Source: Macrostomum lignano
Lineage: Eukaryota
Direction: 5' to 3'
DNA: 64,000 nucleotides
Assembly (NCBI GenBank): GCA_002269645.1
Contig: NIVC01000044.1
Span: 119,498-183,497 of the forward strand
Shown here in pieces: positions 1 to 13,545 of the stretch; the stretch's first letter is position 1; every line of letters starts with the position of its first letter. The notes beneath the pieces were generated by a model. The model searched no databases and was not told where the DNA came from. It saw only the letters and a list, made by a program, of their open reading frames with translations. The position numbers and the translations under genes are program-made.

Positions 1-169
1 TTCACTCATTTATGCATTGATGAAGCCACAAGTTCTGGCATGAAATCATGAACTCTGTCAGAAAGCAATGAACTCAGTCATGAACCCAAAAACTCAATCA
101 TGAAGTCATGAATTCAGTTACGAATGAACTCAGACATAAACTGTCATGAAATCAATCATAGATTCTGTT

Positions 170-1215
170 ATGAACTCAGTATGATCACAAACTCAATCAT
201 ACTGTCATGAACTCAATCACTGTCATGAACTCAATCATACTGTCATGAACTCAATCATACTGTCATGAACTTAATCACTGTCATGAACTCAATCATACTG
301 TCATGAACTTAATCACTGTCATGAACTCAATCACTGTCATGAACTCAATCATACTGTCATGAACTCAATCATACTGTCATGAACTTAATCACTGTCATGA
401 ACTCAATCATACTGTCATGAACTTAATCACTGTCATGAACTCAATCATACTGTCATGAACTTAATCACTGTCATGAACTCAATCATACTGTCATGAACTC
501 AATCACTGTCATGAACTTAATCACTGTCATGAACTCAATCATACTGTCATGAACTCAATCACTGTCATGAACTCAATCATACTGTCATGAACTCAATCAT
601 ACTGTCATGAACTTAATCACTGTCATGAACTCAATCACTGTCATGAACTCAATCATACTGTCATGAACTCAATCATACTGTCATGAACTCAATCATACTG
701 TCATGAACTCAATCATACTGTCATGAACTCAATCATACTGTCATGAACTTAATCACTGTCATGAACTCAATCATACTGTCATGAACTTAATCACTGTCAT
801 GAACTCAATCATACTGTCATGAACTCAATCACTGTCATGAACTTAATCACTGTCATGAACTCAATCATACTGTCATGAACTCAATCACTGTCATGAACTT
901 AATCACTGTCATGAACTCAATCATACTGTCATGAACTCAATCATACTGTCATGAACTCAATCATACTGTCATGAACTCAATCACTGTCATGAACTCAATC
1001 ATACTGTCATGAACTCAATCACTGTCATGAACTCAATCATACTGTCATGAACTCAGTTATGGTCACTTACTCAGTCATGAATTCTGTCATGAACTCAATC
1101 ATACTGTCATGAACTCAATCACTGTCATGAACTCAATCATACTGTCATGAACTCAATCACTGTCATGAACTCAATCATACTGTCATGAACTCAGTTATGG
1201 TCACTTACTCAGTCA
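170..1215. repeat. Minisatellite, 18-20-bp unit ACTGTCATGAACTCAATC(AT)
   Basis: Direct inspection. Confidence 0.95.
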
Positions 1216-3051
1216 TGAATTCATGAATGCTTCAGTCAAGAACTCAAGAAATCAGTTCAGCCATGAACTTATTCACTCGCATGGAAGATATGCATAGGCT
1301 AATTCTGCCCGATGTCGATAAAAAAGCTTACAGTAAAGCCGTCACTTAAACTCTAAATAGACTGGAAGCCATACCCCATCCCTGCCATATAGAGCCCTCG
1401 CCTCACTAATGACAGGGTTGCAGCTCCTAAGCCTACGGCGCCACGCCCCCCCCCCCCAGGTGCATGGAAGCAACCGAGTGTGTCGCAATCTGGTGGTAGA
1501 GCTTCGATCAGATCCCCCATTGAATATACCAGCTGTATCTCCTTGGCTCGGTGGGAGGAGATCGTAGTATTAGCTAAGGAAAGATCCTCAACCAACTCCC
1601 CCAAAAAGTCGTATAGAGCCATTTAAGTATAAGCGCGTATTCACAATAGGCTGAATAGCTAATATATAGATAAAAAAGTTGTCATGGCGTAACACGAGAC
1701 CTTCAAGAGAGGGGGGATGCGAGTCACCGAGGCGTGGCCAGGAAGCGCTTCTCCAACCGGAAAAAAGCCCTGGAAAAAAAGCAGAGCTCCCAATACTCAG
1801 CCTGGTCGAGTGGGTCGCGCTAGCAAGCGTCAAGACACGCTGCACGCTTTCAAAATCAATTTTTGCTGATCATTTTGTAGTGGGACTTCCGTTTAAATCG
1901 GGATTGAAGCAGCGATTTTTAGCATAAATAGCTTTTTTGTAAGGGCCATGTTTATGCAGGCAGTGTATTTTGTTTTTGATTAATTAATTATAGCAGGATA
2001 CTCGAGGATTTTTTTAAACATTGGAACAGACAGGCTGCTATGAGAGCAATGTTTTGACTTGTACCAAAAAAGTTACACAGATATGTATAGAAATGCTAAC
2101 TAAACAAATGATGCACTTCTATGCGGGCTAATTAGCATGCACAATAACAAAATAACTATTGAATAAACAGAATAAAAATAAATAAAACTTGGGAATATTA
2201 TAAAACTACACAAAGACTGACGGATCAACATAAAAAAATGAAATTGAAAGTACACAGACACACAAGAACTAAATTGTAACGCACTAAAACAAACACGCTG
2301 TACAGAAAAATCAGGTTTAAGCCAGATAAACCATCTGGTCAAGGAGCAACCTTCTTTGTCCTTTTATGTTTCTTTAAATCGCAGATCATGAAATAAAATA
2401 AGGCAGTTGTTTCAGACTTTCAGTATAGAAAAATTATTAGAAAATCTTAGCACATGAAGACCTGCAGGTGGCTAATATAAACGCAATGCAAAAAATAAAC
2501 TTGAAACTACAAAGTTTCAAAGTAAAAAGAAATTATACATAAACCCGAGTCCAGTCCAGTGCAAGCAAGTAAGAGACAGGAACAGATTAGCAAGTACACC
2601 GTGTCCTTATTCACACAAAATGGATAAGAACAAGTTTGTGCAATCTGAAATAATTTTAATATTGTTTACTCAAACCGAGATTTTGCCTATATGAATAAAT
2701 ACTAAAACATAACAGTACAGTATAAAAAATCAATACTATTAGCAGTAGTATTATAAGTAAAATTAACGACAAAAACGATCGATACCAACAATAAAAACTA
2801 ACGAAATAACTAAATTTAACGAACGACGGGCTAAAAAACATAAAAAGTGGTTGAAATTTCTGTTTAGCTAGAAAGCTAGAAACCTGCAGGCAATGCTGGT
2901 GCTACTTATACAAATTAAAAGCTTGAATACAATATTATTCCCGATCGGGCTAGCCAAGTCTCTGGATATAGGCAGATTTAACAAATTATTAAAAAATACC
3001 TAAAGTACGCTTGTCTGCTTTCTAAGAAATAATGTTCGGATTTCCAGGAAA

Positions 3052-3795
3052 CTATTTAGTATAAACACCGCGTCTGGCCTTCACTGATGACAGAGCAGGC
3101 GGGACTCCGAGCAGCGAGGTGTCCTGTCCGCGGCTCAGCAGCTCCTCGTTCTGCAGGAACAAGTTGAACACCTCTGGGCTCAGCTTGGTTGCCGGGTCGT
3201 CAGGACTCGGAGGGATCACAGTCGGCGGCTGCTGTGCCACCAGATCGTCCAAGTAGGTCACCGCGTACAGAATGTAGCCGCCGTGAGCGCAGGGCACCAC
3301 GATGACGTCATCCTTGCTGAGCAGGGCCAGCACCTCTTCGATTGATGAGGCTCTGGGGAGGCTGGCCACGTCCTCCTTGCTGGCAAGAAGCTGCAGGTCC
3401 TTCAAGCCGGGCTGGCACCACCTGGCAGCCGCAGGCTTCTGGCCGTTGGGGGAGGCTGCACCACCAGCTGAGCTGCGAGATGAAGCTGATAAGGCGGACA
3501 CGCATGATGAGGATGAGGCGCCGGAGGAGTCTGAGGATGAGGATCCGGTCAGGGAGCAGGGCGATGATCGCTGCGTATCATCTGGTGAGGTCGCGGACTC
3601 GTGCCTCAGTTTTTGGTCATCGTTGAGCACAGTGAGAGCGCTGGAGATGGCGGGGAACAGACCGAGCAGATCCCGATCAGCTGATTCCCAAGTGCTCAGC
3701 TCAAAGATTCGCTCGTCAGCGTGTCTGCCAAGCCGCTTGATGAGATGCGACTCGGCTTTGCTGAACTGCTCGAATGGAGTCACTGCGGCTGGCAT
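3052..3795 (-). CDS. Orphan protein, 247 aa (copy 1 of inverted duplicate)
   Basis: ORF from MPAAVTPFEQ, with GC-rich codon usage like the conserved exons. Upstream are a small GTAAGC..CTGCAG 5'UTR intron and TATTAAA, CCAAT and GGGCGG motifs. No family recognised. Confidence 0.6.
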   Translation of the reverse strand: MPAAVTPFEQFSKAESHLIKRLGRHADERIFELSTWESADRDLLGLFPAISSALTVLNDDQKLRHESATSPDDTQRSSPCSLTGSSSSDSSGASSSSCVSALSASSRSSAGGAASPNGQKPAAARWCQPGLKDLQLLASKEDVASLPRASSIEEVLALLSKDDVIVVPCAHGGYILYAVTYLDDLVAQQPPTVIPPSPDDPATKLSPEVFNLFLQNEELLSRGQDTSLLGVPPALSSVKARRGVYTK

Positions 3796-4053
3796 CGTGC
3801 AGGCAGAGATGCTGAAGTTAGCAGGGCTTTGGTGAAACTGCAGATCAAACACCGTTGATGCTCTGTGCTTACTGGCAGCCTTTGGTCTTGGTGTAATTTG
3901 GAAGCCTTCGCTTGGATCGCAACTTTAATAGCCCTGCCCGCGCCCTCTGCCTGGGGGAGAGAGAGCGATTTCGGAACAGCGCGCCTGCCTGCCCTCCAAC
4001 CCCCACCCCCATGGATCCGCCCAGCCAATGGGCGCGCGACCTGGCTGGCGGCC
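3087..4053 (-). repeat. ~967-bp inverted segmental duplication, copy 1 (partner 51995-52961)
   Basis: The reverse complement aligns by eye end to end with 51995-52961, with scattered substitutions. Confidence 0.95.
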
Positions 4054-4960
4054 CACCCCACAACCCCATTTTACTCCAACAAACCGACAACACCTCGCAA
4101 GCGGCCGTCCAAGTTCCAACAGGCGGCGCCTTGCCTTTCCCCTCAAGGCCTTCTCACCCACCACATCTTGCATAAGAGGACTTGCGCAAGCTGATTTAGC
4201 GTAACTAAACCCCCGCCGCGGCCGCAAGTCGGCCTCCTCCCCTTTCTCTAATGCGCCCCTTGTTGTCTTCTCTCTTATATAGTTTTAGTTTAGTCCCGTC
4301 CTTATACATACGCCACGAACACAATACTACTATGAAAACTAAACCAAAGGCAGCTGCGCCCACCCCAACCACCCGGCGGCTTGTCACATCATTTTCACTT
4401 CGCTCCCTGGGTGGGAGGGTGTCGAGGGGAGTCGGAGACGAAATAAGGGGGGGGATAAAATGCTGGTCTATGGAGGGAAGGAAGGAATGCCTTAAAATCC
4501 CCAGAGGCCATGACAATCGCCTTGGCGGCTTGTGCAACTCGTGTGCCTTTATGACCCATTAAGCTAAACATTCAGCGCTTCGGCCATGAATATCCTCAGA
4601 TATTCATTCCCAACCCTTCCCAATTCCCAATTCCCAATCCCATTCCATTCCCCTGGTTCCACCCCGCCCCTAGCTCTCTCGGTTAGATCAGATCCTCTTA
4701 CTCCTCTAAGTAATAATAATACTAAATGCTCGTGTATTCTATAAGGATTTAGTAGATTAACTATTAGTAGTTCGTATGAGATATCTAAGTGAAATATTGT
4801 GGGCTTACTACATGTAAATACGTCAGGAATGTCAAAGGAGCCACTTGGGAATGTCAGAGCAAACTACTTCGAATGTCAGGGTCAAATTGCTTATCTCACC
4901 TTATGGATTTCCAAATCCAAATGAATGAAGCAAGCATCGTCCGAGGTTCTCAAGTTTATC

Positions 4961-5243
4961 GAGGTTGTAGTTACGCTCGTAGAACGTTGGACTCACGACT
5001 TAAACGTCGGGGGTTCGATTCCAGATCACACTGGAACAACTTGTGTCCTTGAGCAAGAGCTGTAAAATGGGTGCCAGCATTAGCTGCGGTAATTGAGGGT
5101 GTGTTTTGCGATACTCCCCAGACCTTGGACTGAACAGCCGTACGCAGCCTTCAGATGCGCCGCGCAATAGCTGCGGCTGAGCTGTCAGTTGCACAGCTGG
5201 CCCAATTGGGGCAGGTGTAATCAATTATTATTATTATTATTAT
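4961..5243 (+). mobile_element. tRNA-derived SINE with CORE-like segment and (ATT)n tail
   Basis: tRNA-like head with B box GGTTCGATTCC (5012-5022); TTGTGTCCTTGAGCAAG..CTGTAAAATGGG resembles the CORE-SINE domain; (ATT)n at 5224-5243. Confidence 0.7.
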
Positions 5244-5954
5244 CAAGAAAAACTATCAATTCTGGAGAAAGTGCATGGCAATTCTCATAACAGATTTGTT
5301 TTTTTGCCCAGCGCTTCATGGGGTTTTGCCATAGACAAATTTGGTCGAGAAAAACCCTTCTATAGAAAAAAGCGTTCTTCTAAGTAAGTTGTCCATGGAC
5401 CCATTGACACCATTTGCAGTGAATAATTAACTTTCCTTGATTAACTCATGAGGTTTTGTTTAAAGGCTCAAATAAAGTGTCGTGTCTAGAGATGTGTGCA
5501 CAGCGCATCATATGTTAGTTATATCATGATCGAATAAATATTGATATTATATTAAAGTCGTCATTAAGCAAGTCAAATATCAAGCATCATGGATGCAATT
5601 CCCTCGCGGGTGGGCCCGACTGATTCGAATGGACCCAACCAGCAAAAGGCCACGAAAGTTTGAGGCTTAAGCGCGTGAGAAACAAAGAGAATTTGTAAAG
5701 TAATTAGCGCGACTGTCACCTTTGCACCACCTCAAGAAAACCTATAGGTGCGAAAGCTTGAAGCCCAACGAGTGTCAAAGGCTGACTGACTCATTCGGCT
5801 TTTGCTATACACGCGACTATTCGTTTTTGAAAGCTAAAAAATTCTTAAATAATGTTAAGTCGCTCCAAGGCCTATACTCGTATTATACACGTAATTAATA
5901 TATTATTTTAGGCGCTTCAACCTTGAGGCGGCGAGTCGCAATAGCCAGGAGCTG

Positions 5955-6315
5955 CCGATCTACGATCTAGGGGTTGCCAATCTAGGGGTTGCCGATCTAG
6001 GGGTTGCCAATCTAGGGGTTGCCAATCTAGGGGTTGCCGATCTAGGGGTTGCCAATCTAGGGGTTGCCAATCTAGGGGTTGCCGATCTAGGGGTTGCCAA
6101 TCTAGGGGTTGCCGATCTAGAGGTTGCCAATCTATGGGTTGCCAATCTAGGGGTTGCCGATCTAGGGGTTGCCAATCTAGGGGTTGCCGATCTAGAGGTT
6201 GCCAATCTAGGGGTTGCCGATCTAGGGGTTGCCGATCTAGGGGTTGCCGATCTAGAGGTTGCCAATCTAGGGGTTGCCGATCTAGAGTTTGCCAATCTAA
6301 TAAGCGCCAATCTAG
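5955..6315. repeat. Minisatellite, 15-bp unit TCTAGGGGTTGCC(A/G)A
   Basis: Direct inspection. Confidence 0.95.
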
Positions 6316-7074
6316 GTGGGGAAGAAAAAATCTAAGAGGTGATAAATAATTTATTTAGACAGGTGCCAAACCAAATCACAGCTCTGCCAATGCCAAAAGA
6401 CTTACTGATGGGGCCTGTTAGTTGACCTGGATTTCACTCTATTTGGTAAAATGAAATTCAAGCGATCAGATATTTGTCTGTCAGTCCCCTGCCCGGATTC
6501 GTGCCACAACCATAGGGTAAGGGGAATTCGGGGAAAAAATCCCCTCCAAAGCAAACAAATGCCAATGCGAAGGTGGGAATAGCTATAGGCCATGGAATAA
6601 AGTTTCCTCCTAAAGTCGAAAACCCGTTTTTAAGCGTCTGATGAAGATCAGTGACTCGAACTTCCATAGCCAACGCACGGCCCATCTTGACAACGAATCC
6701 CAAACCTGTCTTTCCATGAGTTTGAGTCACGGTTTTTGTCAAAATAAAATAAATGAGCACAATTCTCAAATCGAACAGTCAGAAATGATGGATTGATTAA
6801 CTGACTGATTTGGTTTTCAGTTGAATTGTAGGTATTCGTTAAACGGTCGGTATACCCCATTAGAAATAGATATGTGAAAACTTGCACGGATAGTGTGCTA
6901 CAGTCTTTGTTTGAACTGGCTTAAAATAAAACAAAGTTGAAATCCTTCAAAGTTGTCGCATCGATTACATCAGTTAAGTGCAGAGCTTTGATTTCTCTTT
7001 AGTCAATAATCATATATATTCTCTTTTTAGTTCTGCAATTTCCTTCGAAACACAAGAATCATAAAGTATGATAA

Positions 7075-7825
7075 TCAGAGTGTGAGAATCATAAAATGAG
7101 ATTCTCATTCGATGCGTGAGACTCATACAGTGAGATTCTTATTCAATTCGTGAGACTCATACAGTGAGATTCTCATTCAATTCGTGAGACTCATACAGTG
7201 AGATTCTCATTCAAAGTGTGAGAATCATGCAGTGAGATTCTCAATTCAAAGCGTGAGAATCATGCAGTGAGATTCTCATTTAAAGCGTGAGAATCATGTA
7301 GTGAGATTCTCATTTAAAGCGTGAGAATCATGCAGTGAGATTCTCATTCAAAGCGTGAGAATCACAGTGAGATTCTCATTCAAAGAATCATAGAGTGAGA
7401 TTCTCATTCAAAGAATCATAGAGTGAGATTCTCATTCAAAGAATCATAGAGTGAGATTATCATTCAAATAATCATAGAGTGAGATTCTCATTCAAAGAAT
7501 CATAGAGTGAGATTCTCATTCAAAGAATCATAGAGTGAGATTCTCATTCAAAGAATCATAGAGTGAGATTATCATTCAAATAATCATATACAGTGAGATT
7601 CTCATTCAAAGAATCATAGAGTGAGATTCTCATTCAAAGAATCATAGAGTGAGATTATCATTCAAATAATCATATACAGTGAGATTCTCATTCAAAGAAT
7701 CATAGAGTGAGATTATCATTCAAAGAATCATATACAGTGAGATTCTCATTCAAAGAATCATAGAGTGAGATTATCATTCAAAGAATCATAGAGTGAGATT
7801 CTCATTCAAAGCGTGAGAATCATAC
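7075..7825. repeat. Minisatellite, ~28-bp unit GTGAGATTCTCATTCAAAGAATCATAGA
   Basis: Direct inspection; each unit has a TGAGA-T-TCTCA dyad. Confidence 0.95.
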
Positions 7826-8374
7826 ATGGCGAGATCATTTTTCAGGCAGGATTTTATAGCCTATAGGTTGAGTCTTGCCTGTCTGATTCTGCTAATTACG
7901 TAAGACTGACAGCATTTAACAACACATCCACCTTGCGTAACGATCTCATTGCTGAATGTTCATGGAAAACTTGCCTATTTTCGTATAGAGCTGCAATGCA
8001 AAGAATATCTATAATAACTGATTTTAGTCAGCGAGACCGCCGCCCACCTTTAATCTCTCATCATCTGAGTGTCGGACTGGTTTTCCTGTTCCAGGCTTCA
8101 GTGTTTCTCACAGTCCCTCATACCCAATCTTTTATGCAGAACTTCTGCAGAGCTGGAATCCATTAGCATTCAATAGTTTAAAATTAATTTCTTAATTACT
8201 TTTGGCTTTGTGCCAGGCGTGCATTTCAAGTGCAATGAAAGTAGAAATTTCTGGCGCTCGGCTTGTGCACGGTTTCAATAAAAGTACAAAACAAATAATT
8301 CGGAGTACTTTTGATGCCAACTGTGTATTTGAATAGTAGCAGAATGTGATACTTGAGTAGCTTTCATTTTCTCA

Positions 8375-8995
8375 TTTTTCGGATTTCTCATTTAGTGGAG
8401 CCGACTTCTCATTTAGTGGCGCCGATTTCTCATTTTGTGGCGCCGATTTCTCATTTAGTGGCGCCGATTTCTCATTTAGTGGCGCCGATTTCTCATTTAG
8501 TGGAGCCGATTTCTCATTTAGTGGAGCCGATTTCTCATTTAGTGGAGCCGATTTCTCATTTAGTGGAGCCGATTTCTCATTTAGTGGAGCCGATTTCTCA
8601 TTTAAGTGGCGCCGATTTCTCATTTAGTGGAGCCGATTTCTCATTTAAGTGGCGCCGATTTCTCATTTAGTGGAGCCGATTTCTCATTTAAGTGGCGCCG
8701 ATTTCTCATTTAGTGGAGCCGATTTCTCATTTAGTGGAGCCGATTTCTCATTTAAGTGGCGCCGATTTCTCATTTAGTGGAGCCGATTTCTCATTTAAGT
8801 GGCGCCGATTTCTCATTTAGTGGAGCCGATTTCTCATTTAGTGGCGCCTATTTCTCATTTTGTGGCGCCGATTTCTCATTTTGTGGCGCCGATTTCTCAT
8901 TTTGTGGCGCCGATTTCTCAGTTTGTGGCGCCGATTTCTCAGTTTGTGGCGCCGATTTCTCATCCTGCGGCGTCGATTTCTCAGTTTGTGGCGCT
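8375..8995. repeat. Minisatellite, 21-22-bp unit GCCGATTTCTCATTTAGTGG(A/C)
   Basis: Direct inspection. Confidence 0.95.
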
Positions 8996-9667
8996 GATTG
9001 CTTGACTAGCTTCGAATTTCAGCATTCTCCTTTGACATCGCATTATCAAGGTGCTAATAAGGTTAAGGTCAATAAGCTTAGCAATGAGCTCAGTACCGTC
9101 CCCATTGACGTAGGCGCAGCATTATTAAAAATTTGTTTTAAAATAAAATTTCGCGTCACAGGCCCACACGCGCTTCTGACAGCTGACTCGCGCATTGCAT
9201 CACTCGCGCATTGCCCACCGAGCCCAAGCTTAAAGCAGATTAATAATAAACTCGCGTCCATAAACACGGGCAGGCCACTTGGTCGCTCCTTGTTGGTTCT
9301 TTTTATATTCGAGAAACTTTTTTTGCTTTGTTTCGTCTGACGTGTGACATGCACCCCATGCACCCCATGCACCCCATGAACCCCATTGCGTCACAGCTCT
9401 ACGCAACTGTCTGGGCCTGTCTGTCTGCCTGTCCGCAAACGAAGACAATTTATTGCGATAGCAGGCTGGAGAGGAAAACTGATACACGAACTGTTTGCAG
9501 CTCGGGGTGGGCAGGTTTTTTACTTTCGATTGACTATTGAAACATATATAGGTGTAGGTTTGGGTGAAACTTTAAGCTGCCTGTACCCTATTTGTTCATG
9601 ACGGGCTCAGAAGTGACGGTGATTGATTTATTGCCCCAATTCATTGCTTATCTACTTGACGTGCCTT

Positions 9668-10265
<598 letters not shown>

Positions 10266-11159
10266 TCTTCTCTTGATTCTAGCACTACCGAGAGTAGTAT
10301 TTTTAGCATCTTTGAACTATTTCCTGTCGTATCTAACAAAAGTTTGTTAGCCATTTAACTTACCCAGCAAAAGCTACAGATGATTTCCCAGCGGGATTGA
10401 GAAGCTCCGAAATTTCCCGCGCACAGTTAGAATAGAATCTGTTAGACATTTATCATTTCCCAGTGATTAAGATTTTGAATGAAAGGAAGTTCCGTTGAGG
10501 CTGCGGCAGTGGATACTCGTATAAACTTTCGGAGTGCAGCCTCATCCAAGTACAGTCATGGTCGATACTTGTGGGCAAAAATCAGAAGCAGCCCGTATAT
10601 AGTACAAGCTGTACATTAATTCTCGGATATCAGACCAGGCAGGAAGAAGGAAGGAAATACATGTTGGGGGAAAAATATCCCAATCTGTTGCTACACGCTC
10701 CGATTACTTTGGTACAGACAAACATCCGCTCACGGATCGATTCGGTTGAGAGAGAAGCAAACTGCATGAAAAAAAGATGGAAAATTTTGCATCTCGATTT
10801 CCGATATATGAGGCACATGGGCTGCCACTCTACATGCACATGATATGCATTAAGCCCTTCTCGAGAGGCTTATCAATCTAAGCGTGACTGTCGGTTGAGT
10901 CTATTCATTTTTTATAGAAAATCTCTTGGGGCTTAAGTTTAAGTCGCTAGATTTCTTCGACTGTAAATCTGTATGCAAAGATTAGAACCTATAAGTAGTA
11001 TGAAGCGCGGCGCGTTATCTTAGGAATGTCTTCTATGAAATTACTTTTAATTTTTAGAGTTTGGGCTTTCCTTTAGACAAAAATGGAAATTCTTCTGTTA
11101 GTTTAGAGAAATTTGTTACATTTATATTATTTAGCGGCACATTTCAATTCAACAAAAGA

Positions 11160-11340
11160 TACTTCTCTCATATTTCCTCTTTCCGCTCTCCCCTCCTCTC
11201 TCCTTTCGTCTCTCCCCTCTCGTCTCTTTCCTCCCTTCTCCCCTCTCTCTCTCTCCTCCCCTCCCTCCTCTCTCTCGTCTCCCTCTCTCCACTCTCCTCT
11301 CTCCCCTCACCTCTCTCCTCTCTTCTCACGCCTCTCCCAT
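11160..11340. repeat. CT-rich low-complexity tract
   Basis: Direct inspection. Confidence 0.85.
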
Positions 11341-11911
11341 TCGACCTTTCTAGGATGTCCATCCCCACCGAGTGAGCAGTTGCTCGCAGCCCAGCCAGTC
11401 GCACGGAGGACTCAGCAACAGCAGCGCATAAGTGAGAGGAGCAATCAAACCCTTCCTGGAGGCGCTCCGAGGCAATTGCTGAGCTAATTCTGGCTCTCTC
11501 TCTGAGCAGCCCCAGAGCTTCATTGCGCCAGCACGAGTAGCCCATATAGTCAATAACTGACAGGGCTTGGATAGCTCATGGGACTGAGGGTTGGAGAGGG
11601 GAGGCCACAGTCGGATATTATTACAAACTGCCTAGCATAAACAGACAGCCCTCTAGGACTTCTGAGTCCCAGTTCTTTCCAATCCCCCAGCAACTTCCCC
11701 TAAACCCATCGAGAAGGGAGTTAATCAATTTCCACCCTCTTGTTGTTGCGAGAGGCGTGAGGACGGAGCGACTCAACTTGAGGGGAAAAATGTGCTCAAG
11801 CGCGCGCTGCATCGGGCGAAAGAGATGCAAGTGGCTAGAGTAGGGAACGCTGCATCATCATAGCTTGAAAATTGTAAGTTGTCCAGCTCGACCCTCTGCT
11901 CAGTGAGTAGA

Positions 11912-12205
11912 TGCTTCCGGTCATGCAGAGGGGATAATTAATATCTGCTTCCGGTCATGCAGAGGGGATAATTAATATCTGCTTCCGGTCATGCAGAGGG
12001 GATAATTAATATCTGCTTCCGGTCATGCAGAGGGGATAATTAATATCTGCTTCCGGTCATGCAGAGGGGATAATTAATATCTGCTTCCGGTCATGCAGTG
12101 GGGTAGTTAATATCTGCTTCCGGTCATGCAGAGGGGATAATTAATATCTGCTTCCGGTCATGCAGTGGGGTGGTCAGTATCTGCTTCCGTTCATGCAGTG
12201 GGATG
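11912..12205. repeat. Minisatellite, 34-bp unit ATCTGCTTCCGGTCATGCAGAGGGGATAATTAAT
   Basis: Period 34 (11943, 11977). Confidence 0.95.
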
Positions 12206-12729
12206 AAATAGCTGCTGTAAGAGATGTTCACTATTCGAATTTCAGTTATATATGTGAGCCTCTGCCTCGAGTTCATTAGAGTATAGAATTTCCTGTAGAA
12301 ACGTGACTCAAAAATCGCAAAAGTCCGATGTGACCCCATTGCCCCGTGAAGCTCTGCTCAGCTTGCAACTTTTCCGTCTTTCTGACAATTCAACTCATGG
12401 CGAGGTGGCCATCAAAGCGGATGAAATGACAACGCGGCGCGCATGACACTTCAGCGGATTAGCAGGATGTAGCCCAAGGATTATATATTTCCGATAATTA
12501 CCCTATCGCGAATTAGCTAATTGATGGGCGAAAGTAAGACTGGCTTCAAGACTGTGACGCACGGAGGAAAGGTCAACCAGTGAAATGGCAAATATAATTA
12601 ATTATTCATTAATTAGTAGATTTGTCTTGCTTTGGACATTTGCTAGAAGTTATTAATTATTACAGCTATTGGTTATATAGAGGTGTGTCTGAATATTGAG
12701 ATCTAGGATGGCTGTTTGATGATTAGAGT

Positions 12730-13545
12730 TGCTGTGTGAATATTCCGGTGTGAATGCATTGCAAGAAATGAGTGAATAAGGAACGGGAACTGTGTGACTG
12801 CATTGCAAGAAATGAGTGAATAAGGAAGGGGAACTGTGTGACTGCATTGCGAGAAATGAGTGAATAAGGAAGGGGAACTGTGTGACTGCATTGCAAGAAA
12901 TGAGTGAATAAGGAAGGGGAACTGTGTGACTGCATTGCGAGAAATGAGTGAATAAGGAAAGGGAACTGTGTGACTGCATTGCAAGAAATGAGTGAATAAG
13001 GAACGGGAACTGTGTGAATGCATTGCGAGAAATGAGTGAATAAGGAACGGGAACTGTGTGACTGCATTGCGAGAAATGAGTGAATAAGGAACGGGAACTG
13101 TGTGAATGCATTGCGAGAAATGAGTGAATAAGGAAGGGGAACTGTGTGAATGCATTGCGAGAAATGAGTGAATAAGGAACGGGAACTGTGTGACTGCATT
13201 GCGAGAAATGAGTGAATAAGGAACGGGAACTGTGTGACTGCATTGCAAGAAATGAGTGAATAAGGAAGGGGAACTGTGTGACTGCATTGCGAGAAATGAG
13301 TGAATAAGGAAGGGGAACTGTGTGACTGCATTGCAAGAAATGAGTGAATAAGGAACGGGAACTGTGTGAATGCATTGCGAGAAATGAGTGAATAAGGAAG
13401 GGGAACTGTGTGAATGCCTTGCGAGAAATGAGTGAATAAGGAAGGGGAACTGTGTGACTGCATTGCGAGAAATGAGTGAATAAGGAAGGGGAACTGTGTG
13501 ACTGCATTGCGAGAAATGAGTGAATAAGGAAGGGGAACTGTGTAG
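12730..13545. repeat. Minisatellite, 44-bp unit GTGACTGCATTGCGAGAAATGAGTGAATAAGGAAGGGGAACTGT
   Basis: Direct inspection; explains the three ~280-aa minus-strand ORFs. Confidence 0.95.

Noticed and set aside
3302-3835. Antisense ORFs over the orphan gene (and 52120-52746) and over the DENND5/PPP1R10 exons
   Set aside because: Shadow ORFs produced by GC-rich codon usage on the opposite strand.
10571-10843. ORF with faint Harbinger-nuclease resemblance (MLGEKYP..VERE..KKRWKIL)
   Set aside because: Catalytic Asp motifs are absent and the similarity is too weak without a profile search.
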